Of a DNA stretch of 64,000 nt, positions 18,544-29,681 are shown piece after piece. The notes under the pieces are model-generated. The model saw nothing but the letters and a program-made list of their open reading frames with translations. It was not told the DNA's origin and did not search any database. This DNA is from Candidatus Eiseniibacteriota bacterium (GTDB taxonomy: Bacteria; Eisenbacteria; RBG-16-71-46). The position numbers were made by a program, and so were the translations under genes. Position 1 is the stretch's first letter. The number at the start of each line of letters is the position of its first letter. The stretch is taken from positions 1,664,001 through 1,728,000 of the forward strand of contig OY970178.1 of NCBI GenBank assembly GCA_963707915.1, given 5' to 3'.

Positions 18544-19089
18544 TCAGGCCCTCCGGTTGAGGATGAAGCCCGGGCTCTTCGGGGTGGCCGGGTGCTCGGC
18601 CGCCCGGTAGACCGGCGAGGGCTCCTCCGCGGAGGAGAACAGCGCCTGGAGGAACGCGTTCCCCGCCTCGACGGCGCTGCGCAGCACGGTCCGGTTCACG
18701 GCCGCCTCGCGGGCCGCCTTCTCCGCCTCGCGGCGCAACGCGGCGCGCGCGGCGACGTAGGCGCCCGCGCCATGCGCGCCGGCGGGCGGCTCGAACTCCT
18801 CGAGCGAGGCGCCCGGGTCACCGCCCAGCTCCGCCACGACCGCCACGCGGTGGCGGCGCGATTCGTCCACGGCCAGCAGGAGCCGGCCGACGTCGTCGAC
18901 ACTGGCGTTCACGCGGGTGATGTCGCTGGCGGCCACGGCGGAGCGCTGCTGCACGAGCGCTTCGCCCAGGTCGCGCACGGCGACGATCTCGTGCTCGAGC
19001 GCCGCGGTGAGCCGCTCGAGCGACTGCGTCGCGGTGGTGGCCGCGGGACGCGACGCCTCCAGCACCAGGCTCAACGATTGGGGCTTCAT
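18544..19089 (-). CDS. flgN: flagellar export chaperone FlgN
   Basis: Helical protein between flgJ and flgK; C-terminal PVY...FILNRRA. Confidence 0.7.
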   Translation of the reverse strand: MKPQSLSLVLEASRPAATTATQSLERLTAALEHEIVAVRDLGEALVQQRSAVAASDITRVNASVDDVGRLLLAVDESRRHRVAVVAELGGDPGASLEEFEPPAGAHGAGAYVAARAALRREAEKAAREAAVNRTVLRSAVEAGNAFLQALFSSAEEPSPVYRAAEHPATPKSPGFILNRRA

Positions 19090-19403
19090 GGTCTGACCTC
19101 CGGCGTCGGTGGGGTCTCTTCGGGCGGGAGCCGCCTCGCCATCTGGCGGTACAACGCTTCGCCCATGCCGCTCTTCATCCGCTCCGCGGCCTCGCCGGCC
19201 AGCCGCTCGTCGAGCATGGAGGTGAAGAGCTCCTGGCCCGGTCCCGACTCGATGAGACCGTCCTGCGGCACGCTCGCGCGCATCGCCTTGAAGAGCTGGT
19301 TCAGGAACAGGCCTTCCAGTTCGTGGGCCATCCTGCGGAGTTGGGCGTGCGGGTCCGGACGCGGCGCCGCGGTCATCCCGGCGGGCCCGCTGACGGCACT
19401 CAT
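19086..19403 (-). CDS. flgJ: short rod-binding FlgJ (no muramidase domain)
   Basis: LRRMAHELEGLFLNQLFKAMRASVP...FTSMLDERLA...GMGEALYRQM; ATGA overlap with flgI. Confidence 0.88.
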   Translation of the reverse strand: MSAVSGPAGMTAAPRPDPHAQLRRMAHELEGLFLNQLFKAMRASVPQDGLIESGPGQELFTSMLDERLAGEAAERMKSGMGEALYRQMARRLPPEETPPTPEVRP

Positions 19404-20446
19404 CGGACCACCACCTGCGCCTGGAGCGCGCCGGCGGCCTGCAGCGACTCGAAGATGGCGGCGATCTCCTCCGGCTTCGCCCCGGCCGCGTGGAGCCCGG
19501 CCGCCACGTCCTGCACGGAGGCCAGCGGCTCGACGCGCACGATGCCGGTCGCCGTCCCGCCGGTCGCGGGCGGGCCGCCCACCAGTAGCGTCAGGCCGCC
19601 GTGGCTCACGGAAGCCGGACCCACCGTCGCGCCGCCACCGGCCACGACCGTCCCGTCGCGTCCGCCGATGATGACCAACGCCTGCTCGCGGGTGCTCACC
19701 TGGATGGTGTCCACCGCGGCGAGGAACGCGTTCAGCCCGTCGGTGCGGCCGGCGGCCGGCGTCAGCGCCACCGCCCCCGGGTCCTCGGCCTTCGCGGTGT
19801 TCGCCCCGAAGGCCGCGTTCACGGCATCGGCGATGCGGCTCGCGGTGGCCAGGTCCGGCCGGCGCAACAGCAGTCGCGCCGACATCGCGCTCGCGGGCAG
19901 TTCCACCTCGAGCAGGCCACCCTGCGGGATGCGGCCGGTGTTGCCCTGCCGCGTGCGCAGCGAGCGCGACTCGCCGTCGTCGGCCACCAGCACCGCGCCC
20001 TGCGCGGTCGCCAGCGCCGGCTGCCCGGGGTCGGTCACCAGCGGGGTGATCCACAGCACGCCGCCGCGCAACGAGGTCGCGTCCCCGATCGCGGAGACCT
20101 GGACTTCGAAGCGTCCCCCGGCGCGCAGGTACGGGGAGGCTTCCGCCGTCACCAGCACCGCCGCGACGTCACGCATGCGCAACTGCTCGGCCGGCACCTC
20201 GATCTGGAACCGGCGCAGCAGGTTCACCACCGAGCGCACCGTGGGCGTGCCCGCCGTGGACCTTCCGAAGCTGCGGTCGCCGCTGCCGTCGAGGCCGACC
20301 ACCAGACCGTAGCCCACCAGGCGGCGCGGCACGTCGCCCGCGTGCAGCGTGAGGTCGCCGATCCGGCCGTCGGCGCCGCGCGCGGGCACGGCCACGGCCA
20401 GCGCGAGGAGCAGCGCGCACCGGATGCCGCAGGAGCGCGCGCTCAT
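19400..20446 (-). CDS. flgI: P-ring protein FlgI
   Basis: LVGYGLVVGLDGSGD, VAAVLVTA, SAIGDATSLRGGVL, LQAAGALQA. Confidence 0.95.
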   Translation of the reverse strand: MSARSCGIRCALLLALAVAVPARGADGRIGDLTLHAGDVPRRLVGYGLVVGLDGSGDRSFGRSTAGTPTVRSVVNLLRRFQIEVPAEQLRMRDVAAVLVTAEASPYLRAGGRFEVQVSAIGDATSLRGGVLWITPLVTDPGQPALATAQGAVLVADDGESRSLRTRQGNTGRIPQGGLLEVELPASAMSARLLLRRPDLATASRIADAVNAAFGANTAKAEDPGAVALTPAAGRTDGLNAFLAAVDTIQVSTREQALVIIGGRDGTVVAGGGATVGPASVSHGGLTLLVGGPPATGGTATGIVRVEPLASVQDVAAGLHAAGAKPEEIAAIFESLQAAGALQAQVVVR

Positions 20447-21087
20447 GGCCACAACATCCCGAGGAAGCGGCCGACGATGCCCGTGGTCGGACCGATCTTC
20501 TTCCCCTTGTAGGTGATCTCCGCGTTCGCGACCCGGTTGGAGAGCACGCAGTTGGCCGGCGAGACATCCTGGGAGCGCACCAGGCCGCTGAGCGTGATGT
20601 CCTGCACCCTCCCGTCCACGGTGACCTTCTTGCTGCCCGCGATCCGGATCGTGCCGTCACCCTCGAGCGCGGTGACCTGGACGGTCAGCACGGCGGTGAG
20701 ATCGCCCTGCCGGCCGGTCTCCCCGACGTCGCGGGAGTTGCTCTTCAGGCCCGAGCCGAAGGACTTCGCCGGGCCGATGGCCACGTCGGTGCCGATGCTC
20801 GCGTTCAGGTCGGCGCGGGTGGAGCGGTCGCCGGTGGCGACCTTGGAGACCCGCTCGCTCGCCGCGGTGGCCTCGTCCACCACCACGGTGAGGAGGTCCC
20901 CGACGCGCAGCGGCACGCGGTCGGAGGTCCACGAGAGGCGCCCGGCCGGGCGCTCGGCCCGCGCGGCGGGCGCGGTGCCGCCCGAATCCGCGGCGGATGC
21001 CGCGACGGCCGGGTCCGGGGTCTGCGCCGTGGCAGCCCCCGGGACCGCCAGCGCGGCGAAGAACAGGACGGCAAGCGACGCTCTCAT
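20443..21087 (-). CDS. flgH: L-ring protein FlgH
   Basis: SDR..RVGDLLTVVVDE, GSKKVTV, LSGLVRSQDV, SNRVANAEITY, LWP end. Confidence 0.93.
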   Translation of the reverse strand: MRASLAVLFFAALAVPGAATAQTPDPAVAASAADSGGTAPAARAERPAGRLSWTSDRVPLRVGDLLTVVVDEATAASERVSKVATGDRSTRADLNASIGTDVAIGPAKSFGSGLKSNSRDVGETGRQGDLTAVLTVQVTALEGDGTIRIAGSKKVTVDGRVQDITLSGLVRSQDVSPANCVLSNRVANAEITYKGKKIGPTTGIVGRFLGMLWP

Positions 21088-21756
21088 CGGTCTCCCCCAC
21101 TCGAGATCACGGCGGTGCCCGTCGCGGTGGCGGTTCCGACCAGCCGGTCGGGCCTGCCCTCCACCCGGGCCCTCACCAACTCACCCTGGCGCGCGCGATT
21201 GAGCGCGGTGCCGACCACCGAAACCTGCACCGCGCCGTCGGTCCACAGCAGCCGCACCGGCGCGCCGGCCTCGACGAGCAACGGCGGAGCCACGGCGGGC
21301 CGCGCCAGCGCGTCCCCGGCAGCGAGCGCGCGGCGCACCTCCCATCCCGGTCCCGGGAGGGACGAGGACGGCGGCGCGGGCGGCCCCCAGCACACGCGCG
21401 GCTCCCGCCGCACGTCGGCGGGAACGAGGCGGGTGCCGGCCGCGAGCGGTCGCGCGGCCACGGGCACGGAATCCTCCACGCCGGCCCGCAGCCGGACGGC
21501 GACGGCGTCCGCGCCGGGCGGCTCGAACACCACGACCAGCCAGCCCCCCACGCCCCGGCCCGTGACGCGGAACGGCGGCGCCCCGCCGGGCAGCGTGCCC
21601 GGCAGCCGGCCCCACTCGAGCCGCACCGCGCGCTCCGGCACGCCCCACTCCCGGGCGAGCCAGGCGACCCACGCGGACGGCCGCGGAAGCCTCGAACGCC
21701 GTGGGCGCGGAGCTCACGAGCTGGAGCAGGACGACCAGGCTAGCGAATGAGGTCAT
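21084..21756 (-). CDS. flgA: P-ring assembly chaperone FlgA (frameshift near 21665)
   Basis: Signal peptide in one frame; SAF domain VAARPLAAG...PLLVEAG..V...GTAL...GELVRAR in the other; span is 3n+1. Confidence 0.85.
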
Positions 21757-22529
21757 TGGTGGCGCTCATCATCTCGTCGCTGGCGGTGATCGCCTTGGCG
21801 TTGATCTCGTAGGCGCGCTGCGCCGCGATCATGTCGGTCATCTCCTGCACGATCTCGACGTTGCTGGTCTCGAGCGAGCCCTGGAGCAGCCGGCCGAAGC
21901 CGTCCTCCTGCGGGGACCCGGTCATGGGCTGGCCCGAGGCCGGGGTCTCGGCGTACTGGTTCTCGCCGATGCTGAGCAGGCCGCACGAGTTCACGAAGCG
22001 CGCGAGCTCGATGCGGCCCAGCTCGACCGGGGTCGAGCTGCCGGCCGAGAGCACGCTCACGGTGCCGTCGGGGGCGATGGTGATGGAGCTCGCGTCCTCG
22101 GGCACGGTGATGCTGGGCAGCACCGCGTGGCCGCCGGTCGTCACGAGCGTGCCGGACTCCGAGAGCGTGAAGCTGCCGTCGCGCGTGTACGCGGTGGTGC
22201 CGTCGGGCCGCCGCACCTGGAAGAAGCCGTCGCCCTCGACGGCGACGTCCAGCGGCCGCTGGGTGCTCTCGGGGGCGCCCTGCCCGTGGAGCCGCAGGAT
22301 CGCGCCGATGCGCACGCCCTTGCCGATCTGCACCGGCGCCGACGGTCTCGGCGCCCCGGTCGGTCGCGGCGCGCGGCCCCTGCAGGGTCTCGTAGAGCAC
22401 GTCCTCGAAGCTCACCCGGCTCCGCTTGAAGCCGGTGGTGTTCACGTTGGCGAGGTTGTTGGCGATCACGTCGATCATGCGCTGCTGCGCGGCCATGCCG
22501 CTCGCGGACGTTCGCAGGCTCGAATTCAT
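21740..22529 (-). CDS. flgG: distal rod protein FlgG (frameshift near 22337)
   Basis: [32 protein letters not shown]...YTRDGSF...[21 protein letters not shown]. Confidence 0.95.
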
Positions 22530-22593
22530 CGGTCGTCCTCCCGGCGGGGTCGCGCGGCGCCGGCGGCGCCCTCGCCCAGCCCTGCGGGCCCGG

Positions 22594-23289
22594 TCACTGG
22601 ACCCTGCCCACTGTGTTGGTGACGTTCCCCAGCACGCTGTCCAGCGCCTTCAGCGCTTCGACGTTGCTGCCGTAGGACCGCTGGATGGTCATGAGTTCCA
22701 CCATGGACAGCAGCGGGTCGAGGTTGGCCTCCTCGACCGAGCCCTGGCGCACGGCGACCGTGTTCTCGGGCACGGGGTGCCGCGTGCCGTCCGGCACGTA
22801 GCGTCCGGAGCCTTCCTTGAGGAGCCGGGCCGGCTCGTCCACGGTCTCGACGCGCAGGCGTCCGACGCCCGCGCCGTCCACGACCACCGTGCCGTCGGCC
22901 CGGATCTCGACCTGGGAACCGATCACGCGGATCGGGCCCTCCGCGCCCACCAGCGGGTCGCCGCGCCCGTCCATCAGGCACCCCGACGCGTCCAGCCGCA
23001 GCGAGCCGCCACGGGTCAGGCGCTCACCGCGCGGCGTGTTCACGACGAGGAAGCCCGGCCCCTCGAGGCTGATGTCGAGCGGCCGGCCGGTATCGCGCAG
23101 GCGCCCCTGCTCGAGGTCCAGCTGTTCGACCGGCACGGGGTAGTCGGCGCCCGGGAGCTGCCGGGCCGTCATCCGGCCGGCCTTGAACGCGTCGGTGCTC
23201 GCGTTCGCGACGTTGTGGGTCGCGACCTCCTGGAGCTTCCGGTAGTACGCGAGGGTGCGGGCCGTGCTCACGATGCCCCGCATCGACAT
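22594..23289 (-). CDS. flgF: proximal rod protein FlgF
   Basis: [48 protein letters not shown]. Confidence 0.9.
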   Translation of the reverse strand: MSMRGIVSTARTLAYYRKLQEVATHNVANASTDAFKAGRMTARQLPGADYPVPVEQLDLEQGRLRDTGRPLDISLEGPGFLVVNTPRGERLTRGGSLRLDASGCLMDGRGDPLVGAEGPIRVIGSQVEIRADGTVVVDGAGVGRLRVETVDEPARLLKEGSGRYVPDGTRHPVPENTVAVRQGSVEEANLDPLLSMVELMTIQRSYGSNVEALKALDSVLGNVTNTVGRVQ

Positions 23290-23342
23290 GGCTCCTCCTG
23301 TTTTCGTTCCCGGCCCGAGGCCCGGGGTTCCACGTCCCCGAC

Positions 23343-23357
23343 GCAAGCCGCATGCCG
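23343..23357 (-). promoter_or_regulatory. sigma-54 promoter of the flgF operon
   Basis: CGGCATGCGGCTTGC (-24 GG, -12 GC). Confidence 0.75.
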
Positions 23358-23383
23358 TGCGGCCCGGGGGCGCAGGCGACCGG

Positions 23384-23932
23384 CTAACTGCTTTCGACCC
23401 AGCGCATCCCGCTCACCGGATCCGCCTCCCGGCGGCGGTTCAGGCCACTCAACCATGCCGGAGCGGAAGGTTCTTCCCGGCGCCGGCGGGACCGCCGGCG
23501 CGTGGCGCGATCGGGACGCAGCAGCGTGCGCACGGCGTCCTGGGCCAGGCGCGTGCGGCGCGCGGCGCGGGCGACGGGACGACCGCCGCGCACCTCGCGG
23601 ACCACGGCCTTGAACGGATCGCGGCGGCGGCCGGCGAGCGCGAGCGCGAAGCAGGCGCCCGCCAGCGCGGCCAGCAAACCCGCCGCGCCCACGGCCGCGG
23701 GCGGGGTCTGCAACTCCGCCGCCAGCGCCGCGACCACCGGGGCCAGCCGGTCCCGGAGCGCGGCGGCCGCGACGACGGCGCCATCCCACAGCGCCGGGAC
23801 GCGCGCGACCATGCCGTCCCACGCCGCGGAGCCGGCGGCGAGCCACGACGCGGGAAGACGGCCCGGCAGGTTCCCGCCCAGCACCATCAACACCACCGTG
23901 ACGAGGACCGCCGTCCAGAGCTTCCTTCTCAT
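23384..23932 (-). CDS. hypothetical membrane protein coupled to fliA
   Basis: ATGA overlap with the fliA stop; hydrophobic segments; C-terminal VARAARRTRLAQDAVRTLL (HTH-like). Confidence 0.6.
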   Translation of the reverse strand: MRRKLWTAVLVTVVLMVLGGNLPGRLPASWLAAGSAAWDGMVARVPALWDGAVVAAAALRDRLAPVVAALAAELQTPPAAVGAAGLLAALAGACFALALAGRRRDPFKAVVREVRGGRPVARAARRTRLAQDAVRTLLRPDRATRRRSRRRREEPSAPAWLSGLNRRREADPVSGMRWVESS

Positions 23933-24693
23933 GGCTCACCTCCGTTGCGCGTGATGGCCTCCCGCAGGCGCGCGAGCGCCCGCGTCCGGATCTGGGAGAC
24001 CCGTGACTCGCTGACGTGCAGGACGTCACCGATCTCCTTCAGGCTCAACTGTTCGTAGTGGTAGAGCGACAGGACCAGCCGGTCCTTGGCGGGGAGCGCG
24101 GCGAAGGCCTCGTGCAGCCCCTCCAGCGCCTCGGCCCGCGCCAGCTCGACTCCCGGGTCCGTCGACTCGGTGTCGGGGATGGTCTCGGAGAGCAGCGCGT
24201 CGCCTTCCTCCCCGGCCCCGCCGGGCGCGTCGAGCGCCAGCAGCACGCGGCCCTCGGCCTGCTCCGCCCAGCGCCAGTAGGTGTCCATGTCCACGCCCAG
24301 TGCCCGGGCCACTTCCGTCGCCGCCGGGGCGCGCCCGAGGCGCTGCGCGAGGTCGTCGCGCACGCGCGACAGCTGGCGTCCGCGGGTGCGCACCGAGCGC
24401 GGCACCCAGTCCTGGGCGCGCATCTCGTCGAGCATCGCACCGCGGATGCGCGGGACCGCGTAGCTGCTGAACGCCAGCCGGCGCTCGAGTTCGAAGCCCT
24501 CGAGGGCCTGCACCAGCCCGAGCGTGCCGGCGCTCACCAGCTCGTCGAGCTCGATCTCGCGCGGCGCCCGCCGGATGATCTCGCGAGCGGCGTGGTGGAC
24601 GAGGCCGATGTATCGATCCAGCAGCTGCGAGCGGGCCTCCGGATCACCGTGGGTCCGGTAGCGCTCCCAGAGGGCGTTGTTCAGGTCGGTCAT
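23929..24693 (-). CDS. fliA: RNA polymerase sigma-28 FliA
   Basis: MTDLNNALW...ELVSAGTLGL...FSSYAVPRIRGAMLDEMRAQDWVPRSVR...LKEIGDVLHVSESRVSQI. Confidence 0.96.
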   Translation of the reverse strand: MTDLNNALWERYRTHGDPEARSQLLDRYIGLVHHAAREIIRRAPREIELDELVSAGTLGLVQALEGFELERRLAFSSYAVPRIRGAMLDEMRAQDWVPRSVRTRGRQLSRVRDDLAQRLGRAPAATEVARALGVDMDTYWRWAEQAEGRVLLALDAPGGAGEEGDALLSETIPDTESTDPGVELARAEALEGLHEAFAALPAKDRLVLSLYHYEQLSLKEIGDVLHVSESRVSQIRTRALARLREAITRNGGEP

Positions 24694-25548
24694 GGCACGC
24701 TCGTCGTGAAGGGGGACCGGGGCGGGGCGGCGCACTCGCCGTCCGCCTCGGACGTCCTGGCTCCGGCCAGGCGGGCGACGGCCTCGTCCACCGCCGGCGG
24801 TGCTGCGGCGAGGAGCGCCCCGGGCCGGCGGATGTCGGCGCGCAGCCCGTCGTCCTCCGGCAGGGCACCCAGGTAGCTCGAGCTCCCGGCCCAGGAAGCG
24901 CGAGGCGGCGAGGCGCAGGCGCTCGAAGGCGGCCAGCCCCTCCTCGTCGCTCCGGGTGCGGTTCACGAGGACGGAGACCGGCAGGGCCGGGAGCTGGAGG
25001 CTCACGATCTTGATCAGCGCGTAGGCGTCGCTCAGCGCCGTCGGCTCCGGCACGGTGACGACCACCAGCCGGGTGGCGTTCATCGAGGCGACCCGCACGA
25101 CGTTGTCGATACCGGGCCCGCCATCCACGACGACCGTCTCGAAGTCCTCGTAGAGGGAGCTCAGCTGGTGGTGGAGCCGCGCCTGGTCCACCCGGCTCAG
25201 GGCGTAGAGCGACTCGGCGCCGGAGTCCGCGGGCAGCAGCCAGAGGCCGGGGCCCACGGCCACCGGGAGCTGCTCCAGGTCGGCCTCGCCGGTCAGCAGG
25301 TCTTCGAGCCGGCCGGCGGGACGCACGCCCAGCAGGATGTGCAGGTTGCCCTGGTTCTGGCAGCCGTCCACCAGCAGCACGCGGCGGCCGTTCCGGGCCA
25401 GCGCGGTGGCGAACAGCGCCGCGAGCACCGACTTCCCCACGCCTCCCTTGCCACTGCCCACGACGATCACCTCCGCGCCGGGCGATCCCGCCCGCGGGCG
25501 GCACGGTGCCTGTTGCGCGAGGCTGCGAAGGGCGGCGGCCTGGTCCAT
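24690..25548 (-). CDS. flhG: MinD-like flagellar number regulator FlhG/FleN (frameshift near 24878)
   Basis: MDQAAALR, SGKGGVGKS, PEPTALSDAYALIK; the shifted frame continues YLGALPEDD to a TGA overlapping the fliA ATG. Confidence 0.92.
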
Positions 25549-26405
25549 CACCGCGCTCCCGTCACGGCGAACTCGCCGCGCGGCGTCCGCGACGCGGAGC
25601 CCGCGCCGGCGACCGGCGCGGCGGACCGCAGGTCGGCGGGCACCTCCTGCCCGTCGGCCGCCCAGCGCACGGGCAGCCCGCAGGAGACGGCGAGGTCGAA
25701 CAGCGAGCTGTCTCCGGGCAGCTCGTCCAGCTTGGTCGGGAGCAGGTGCGTCACGCCCCACTCCCGGTAGTCGTCCACCAGGCGGCGGGCGAGGCGCGTC
25801 TGCAGTCCCGCGGGCAGCGTGAGGTGCACCTCGTGCGCCGCCAGCTCGGCCAGCGCGGCGCGGGTGGCGGCCACGTCGCCGCGGGCGGCGGGCCCGCGAC
25901 CCGCGGTGTCGACCAGCACGACCTCGCACCCCGAGAGCCGCCGCAGCGCGCGCTTCAGCTCGCGCGTCTCGTAGACGACCTCCAGCGGGATGCGCGAGAG
26001 CTCGGCGTAGATGCGCGACTGCTCGACCGCGCCGATGCGGTAGGTGTCGAGGCAGAGCAGGCCGACCGAGTGTCCGCCGAACACCTGGGGATGGTTGGCG
26101 AGCTTGGCGATGGTCGTGGTCTTGCCGGCACCGGTCGGCCCGACCAGCGCGACGACGAGCGGGCCGCGGCCGCCGGCCGCCGGGTCGATGCCCGGAGCGG
26201 CGCCGGCCGTGGTCCGTGCCGGCAGCGGCGCGTGGCGCGGCCGGGGGAGCGAGCCGGCCGAATCGGCGGCCACCAGCTCGAAGCCGATGACCGGGTCGGC
26301 CGAGACCCGGCGCGACGAGACCACGATCGCGTCATCGCCGAACACCGCCTGGGCCTGGGCGAGCAGCGTGGAGAAGTCGGGTCCGCGGAAGGTCTCAGTC
26401 GGCAC
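25548..26405 (-). CDS. flhF: SRP-family GTPase FlhF (short)
   Basis: GPTGAGKTTTIAKLA, DTYRIGAVEQ, DTAGR, TKLDE, GQEVPADL. Confidence 0.95.
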   Translation of the reverse strand: MPTETFRGPDFSTLLAQAQAVFGDDAIVVSSRRVSADPVIGFELVAADSAGSLPRPRHAPLPARTTAGAAPGIDPAAGGRGPLVVALVGPTGAGKTTTIAKLANHPQVFGGHSVGLLCLDTYRIGAVEQSRIYAELSRIPLEVVYETRELKRALRRLSGCEVVLVDTAGRGPAARGDVAATRAALAELAAHEVHLTLPAGLQTRLARRLVDDYREWGVTHLLPTKLDELPGDSSLFDLAVSCGLPVRWAADGQEVPADLRSAAPVAGAGSASRTPRGEFAVTGAR

Positions 26406-28574
26406 GGGTCAGCTCCCATGTGCTGATGTTCTGGATGGGGGTCTGCGCCGGCAGCTCGCCGAGCGAGATCACCGGCAGACGGGGCAGGATGGGCTCCACG
26501 AGCCGGCGGATGCCGACGCGCAGGCCGGGGGGCGTCACGAGCGGCGGCACCTGGCCGTCACGGCGCGACGATTCGACGATGCGGTGGAGCGAGTGCAGGG
26601 CCGCGGTGAGCTCCTCGGGATCGAGGGTGCGCTGCCCTTCGCGGCCCCGCGGACTGAAGAGCTGCATCAGCCCGACCTCGAGCCGCGGGCCGACGGTGAT
26701 CGCCCGGATGGGCGCCTCGCCGCCGCCCAGCATCTGGACGATCACGGTCGACAGGGTGCGCCGGACGTGCTCGGTGAGGACTTCCGGGTCCTTGGTCTGC
26801 TCGGCCGCGTCGGAGAGCGCCTCGAGGATGCTCACCAGGTCGCGGATCGGCAGGCCTTCGCGCAGCAGCCGCTGCAGCACGCGGTGCACGACGCCCAGCG
26901 AGAGCTTGTTGGGGACGACGTCCTCGACCAGCGCCGGGTGGGTCTCCTTGAGCTCGTCGAGCATCTCGCGCGTGTTCTGGCGGCTCAGCAGGTCGGAGGC
27001 GTGCTCGCGGATGGTCTCCATGAGGTGCGTCGAGAGCACGGTCTGCGGCTCGACCACGTTGTACCCGGCGGCCTCGGCCTGGCCGCGCTGATCGGGCGAG
27101 ATCCACACCGCGGGCAGGCCGAAGCTGGGATCGGTCGTGGTCGTGCCCTCGATGGGCGTGGCACTCCCGGTGGTGTCGAGCGCGAGCAGGTGGCGCGGCA
27201 TCAGCGCGCCGCCCGCGACCCGCGCGCCGCGCAGCCGGATGACGTACTCGTTCGAGCGGGAGCTGGATGTTGTCGCGGATCCGCACCGCCGGCACCATCA
27301 TCCCGAGCTCGAAGGCCAGCTGCTTGCGCATGACCCGCACCCGCTGGAGCAGGTCGCCCTGCTGCGTCTCGTCCACCAGCGGCACCAGGGCGTAGCCGAT
27401 CTCGACCTCCAGCGGCTCGACCGCCAGCAGCTCCAGCAGCGGGGGCATGCCGGTGGGGAACTCGGTCTCCGTCGCCGCGCGGCGCCGCCGCCGCGGCCGG
27501 GGCCGACCGGCGGCGCCCGCGCATCGCGTAGGCCACCCCGGCCGACGCCGCCGCGAGCGCGAGGAAGGGGAGCATCGGCAGCCCGGGGACGACGGCGAAC
27601 AGCGCCAGGATCCCCGAGGCCGTCCACAGCGAGCGCGGGCTGGCCGTCAGCTGGTCCATGATCGACGAGGCCACCGGCGTGCCCGCCGACCCGTAGGTCA
27701 CCAGCAGGCCGGCCGCGGTGCTCACGATCAGCGCGGGGATCTGGGTCACGATCCCGTCGCCCACGGTGAGCGCGGTGAAGGTCGAGAGCGATTCCCGGGC
27801 GGTCATGCCGTGCTGGGTCATCCCGATGATGAACCCGCCGACCAGGTTGATGCCGGTGATGACCAGCCCGGCCACCGCGTCGCCCCGCACGAACTTCGCC
27901 GCGCCGTCCATGGAACCGTAGAAGTCGGCGTAGCGGTTGATCTCCTCGCGCCGCCGCCGCGCCTCGGCCTCGTCGATGAAGCCCGCGCCGAGGTCGGCGT
28001 CGATGCTCATCTGGCGGCCGGGCATCGCGTCGAGGGTGAACCGCGCGGCCACCTCGGCGACGCGTCCGGCGCCCTTCGTGATGACCATGAAGTTGATGAC
28101 GACCAGGATCAGGAAGATGACGAGCCCGACCACGTAGTTGCCGCCGATCACGAAGTTGCCGAAGGCGGCGATGACCTCGCCCGCGCGCCCGCTGCTCAGG
28201 ATGAGACGCGTGCTGCTCACGTTGAGGCCGAGCCGCAGCAGCGTGATGAGCAGCAGCAGGCTGGGGAAGATGCTGAACTCGAGCGGGTCGCGCGACGACA
28301 GCGCCACCAGCAGGATGATGATCGAGAGCGCGAAGCTCAGCGCCAGGCAGGCGTCCAGCAGGAACGCCGGCAGCGGCACGACCAGCAGGGCGACGATGCC
28401 GACCACGCCGATCGCGAGGTAGGTCTCGGCCGTCGAGGACAGCAGCCGGCGCCCGAGCGGCACCGCCGCCGCGGTGCCGGCGCCCGAGCCGGGCGTGGAG
28501 CGCCCGGCGGCCGCGGCCCCGACGGGCGTGCCGAGCACCGGGGCGACCGCGTTGGGAAGCGTCACGACGCTCAC
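26395..28574 (-). CDS. flhA: export gate FlhA (frameshifts near 27480 and 27256)
   Basis: RLGLNVSSTRLIL, RFTLDAMPGRQMSIDADL, FYGSMDGAAKFVRGD, then EIGYALVPLVD and RIRDN, then LLREGLPIRDL, spread over three frames. Confidence 0.96.
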
Positions 28575-29678
28575 GAGGCCCTCCGTTCAGGCGCCGCCGC
28601 CCCGCCGCTGCGGGCGACGCGCTGCCGGTACACGAAGGCGAGGATCTCGGCCACGACCGCGTAGAGCGCGGACGGGACCATCTGCCCCACCGTGGCGGTG
28701 GCGAGCAGCGCGCGGGCCACGGCGCGGTTCTCGATCACCGGCACGTTGGCCGCGAAGGCCAGGGCCTTGATCCGCTCCGCCAGCTTGCGCTCGCCCATCG
28801 CCACGACGATCGGGGCCGGGGCCACGTCGATGTCGTACTTCAGGGCGACGGCGACGTGGGTCGGGTTGACGACCACGACGTCGGCGGTCGGCACGTCCTG
28901 GAGCATGCGCTGGCGGGCACGGGAGCGGGCCAGCGCCTTGATGCGCCCCTTGATCATGCGGGTCGCCCTCGGCGTCCTTGTGCTCGCCGACCACGTCCTG
29001 CCGGGTCATGCGCAGGCTCTTCTCGTACTGGAGGACCTGGTACCAGTAGTCGGCCCCGGCGATGACCAGGAACGCGAGCCCCACGGTGAGCGCGAGCTTG
29101 ACCACGAGCGTCCGGGCGACCTGGCCGATCTCGACCGGGCTCGCCCCCGACAGCGAGACCAGCTCGGGCCAGTTCGACCGCACGACCTGGAAGGTGATGA
29201 AGCCGAGCAGCGCGATCTTGACCGACGACTTCAGCAGCGTGACCACCGAGTCGAGGCTCACGATGCGCTTGATGCCGCCCAGCAGGTTCACGTTGGTGAA
29301 CGACGGGGTGATGGGCTTCAGCGAGAGCACGCCGCGCGCCTGGGCGAGGTTCACGCCCACCACGATGCCCGCCAGGCCCAGCCCGAACGGGAGCATGGCG
29401 ACGACCAGGCCCTGCGTCATGTCCCGCAGGATCCGCACCGCGCCCAGCGAGGTGAGCGGGCCGGAGGTGAGCGCGCTCGTGCTCTCGTGGAGCAGGCGGA
29501 CCGCGAACGTGGCGAGCTCCCGCCCGCCGACGCCCGCCAGCAGCACGGTGCCGGCCAGCAGCACCGCGGCCGTGCTGAGGTCCTGGCTGCGCGCGATCCG
29601 CCCCTCCTTCCGCGCGTCTTCGCGCTTCCGGGGGGTCGGGGCTTCGGTGCGGTCCTGTCCGCTCGAACCTTCGGCCAT
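28571..29678 (-). CDS. flhB: export switch FlhB (frameshift near 28958)
   Basis: RTEAPTPRKREDARKEG, KDAEGDP, NPTH autocleavage motif, LYAVVAEILAFVY. Confidence 0.96.
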
Positions 29679-29681
29679 GGC

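Noticed and set aside
23929..25929. Apparent FlhG-FliA fusion
   Set aside because: A single extra base near 24878 explains it. The corrected frame restores the FlhG C-terminus and an ATGA overlap with fliA.
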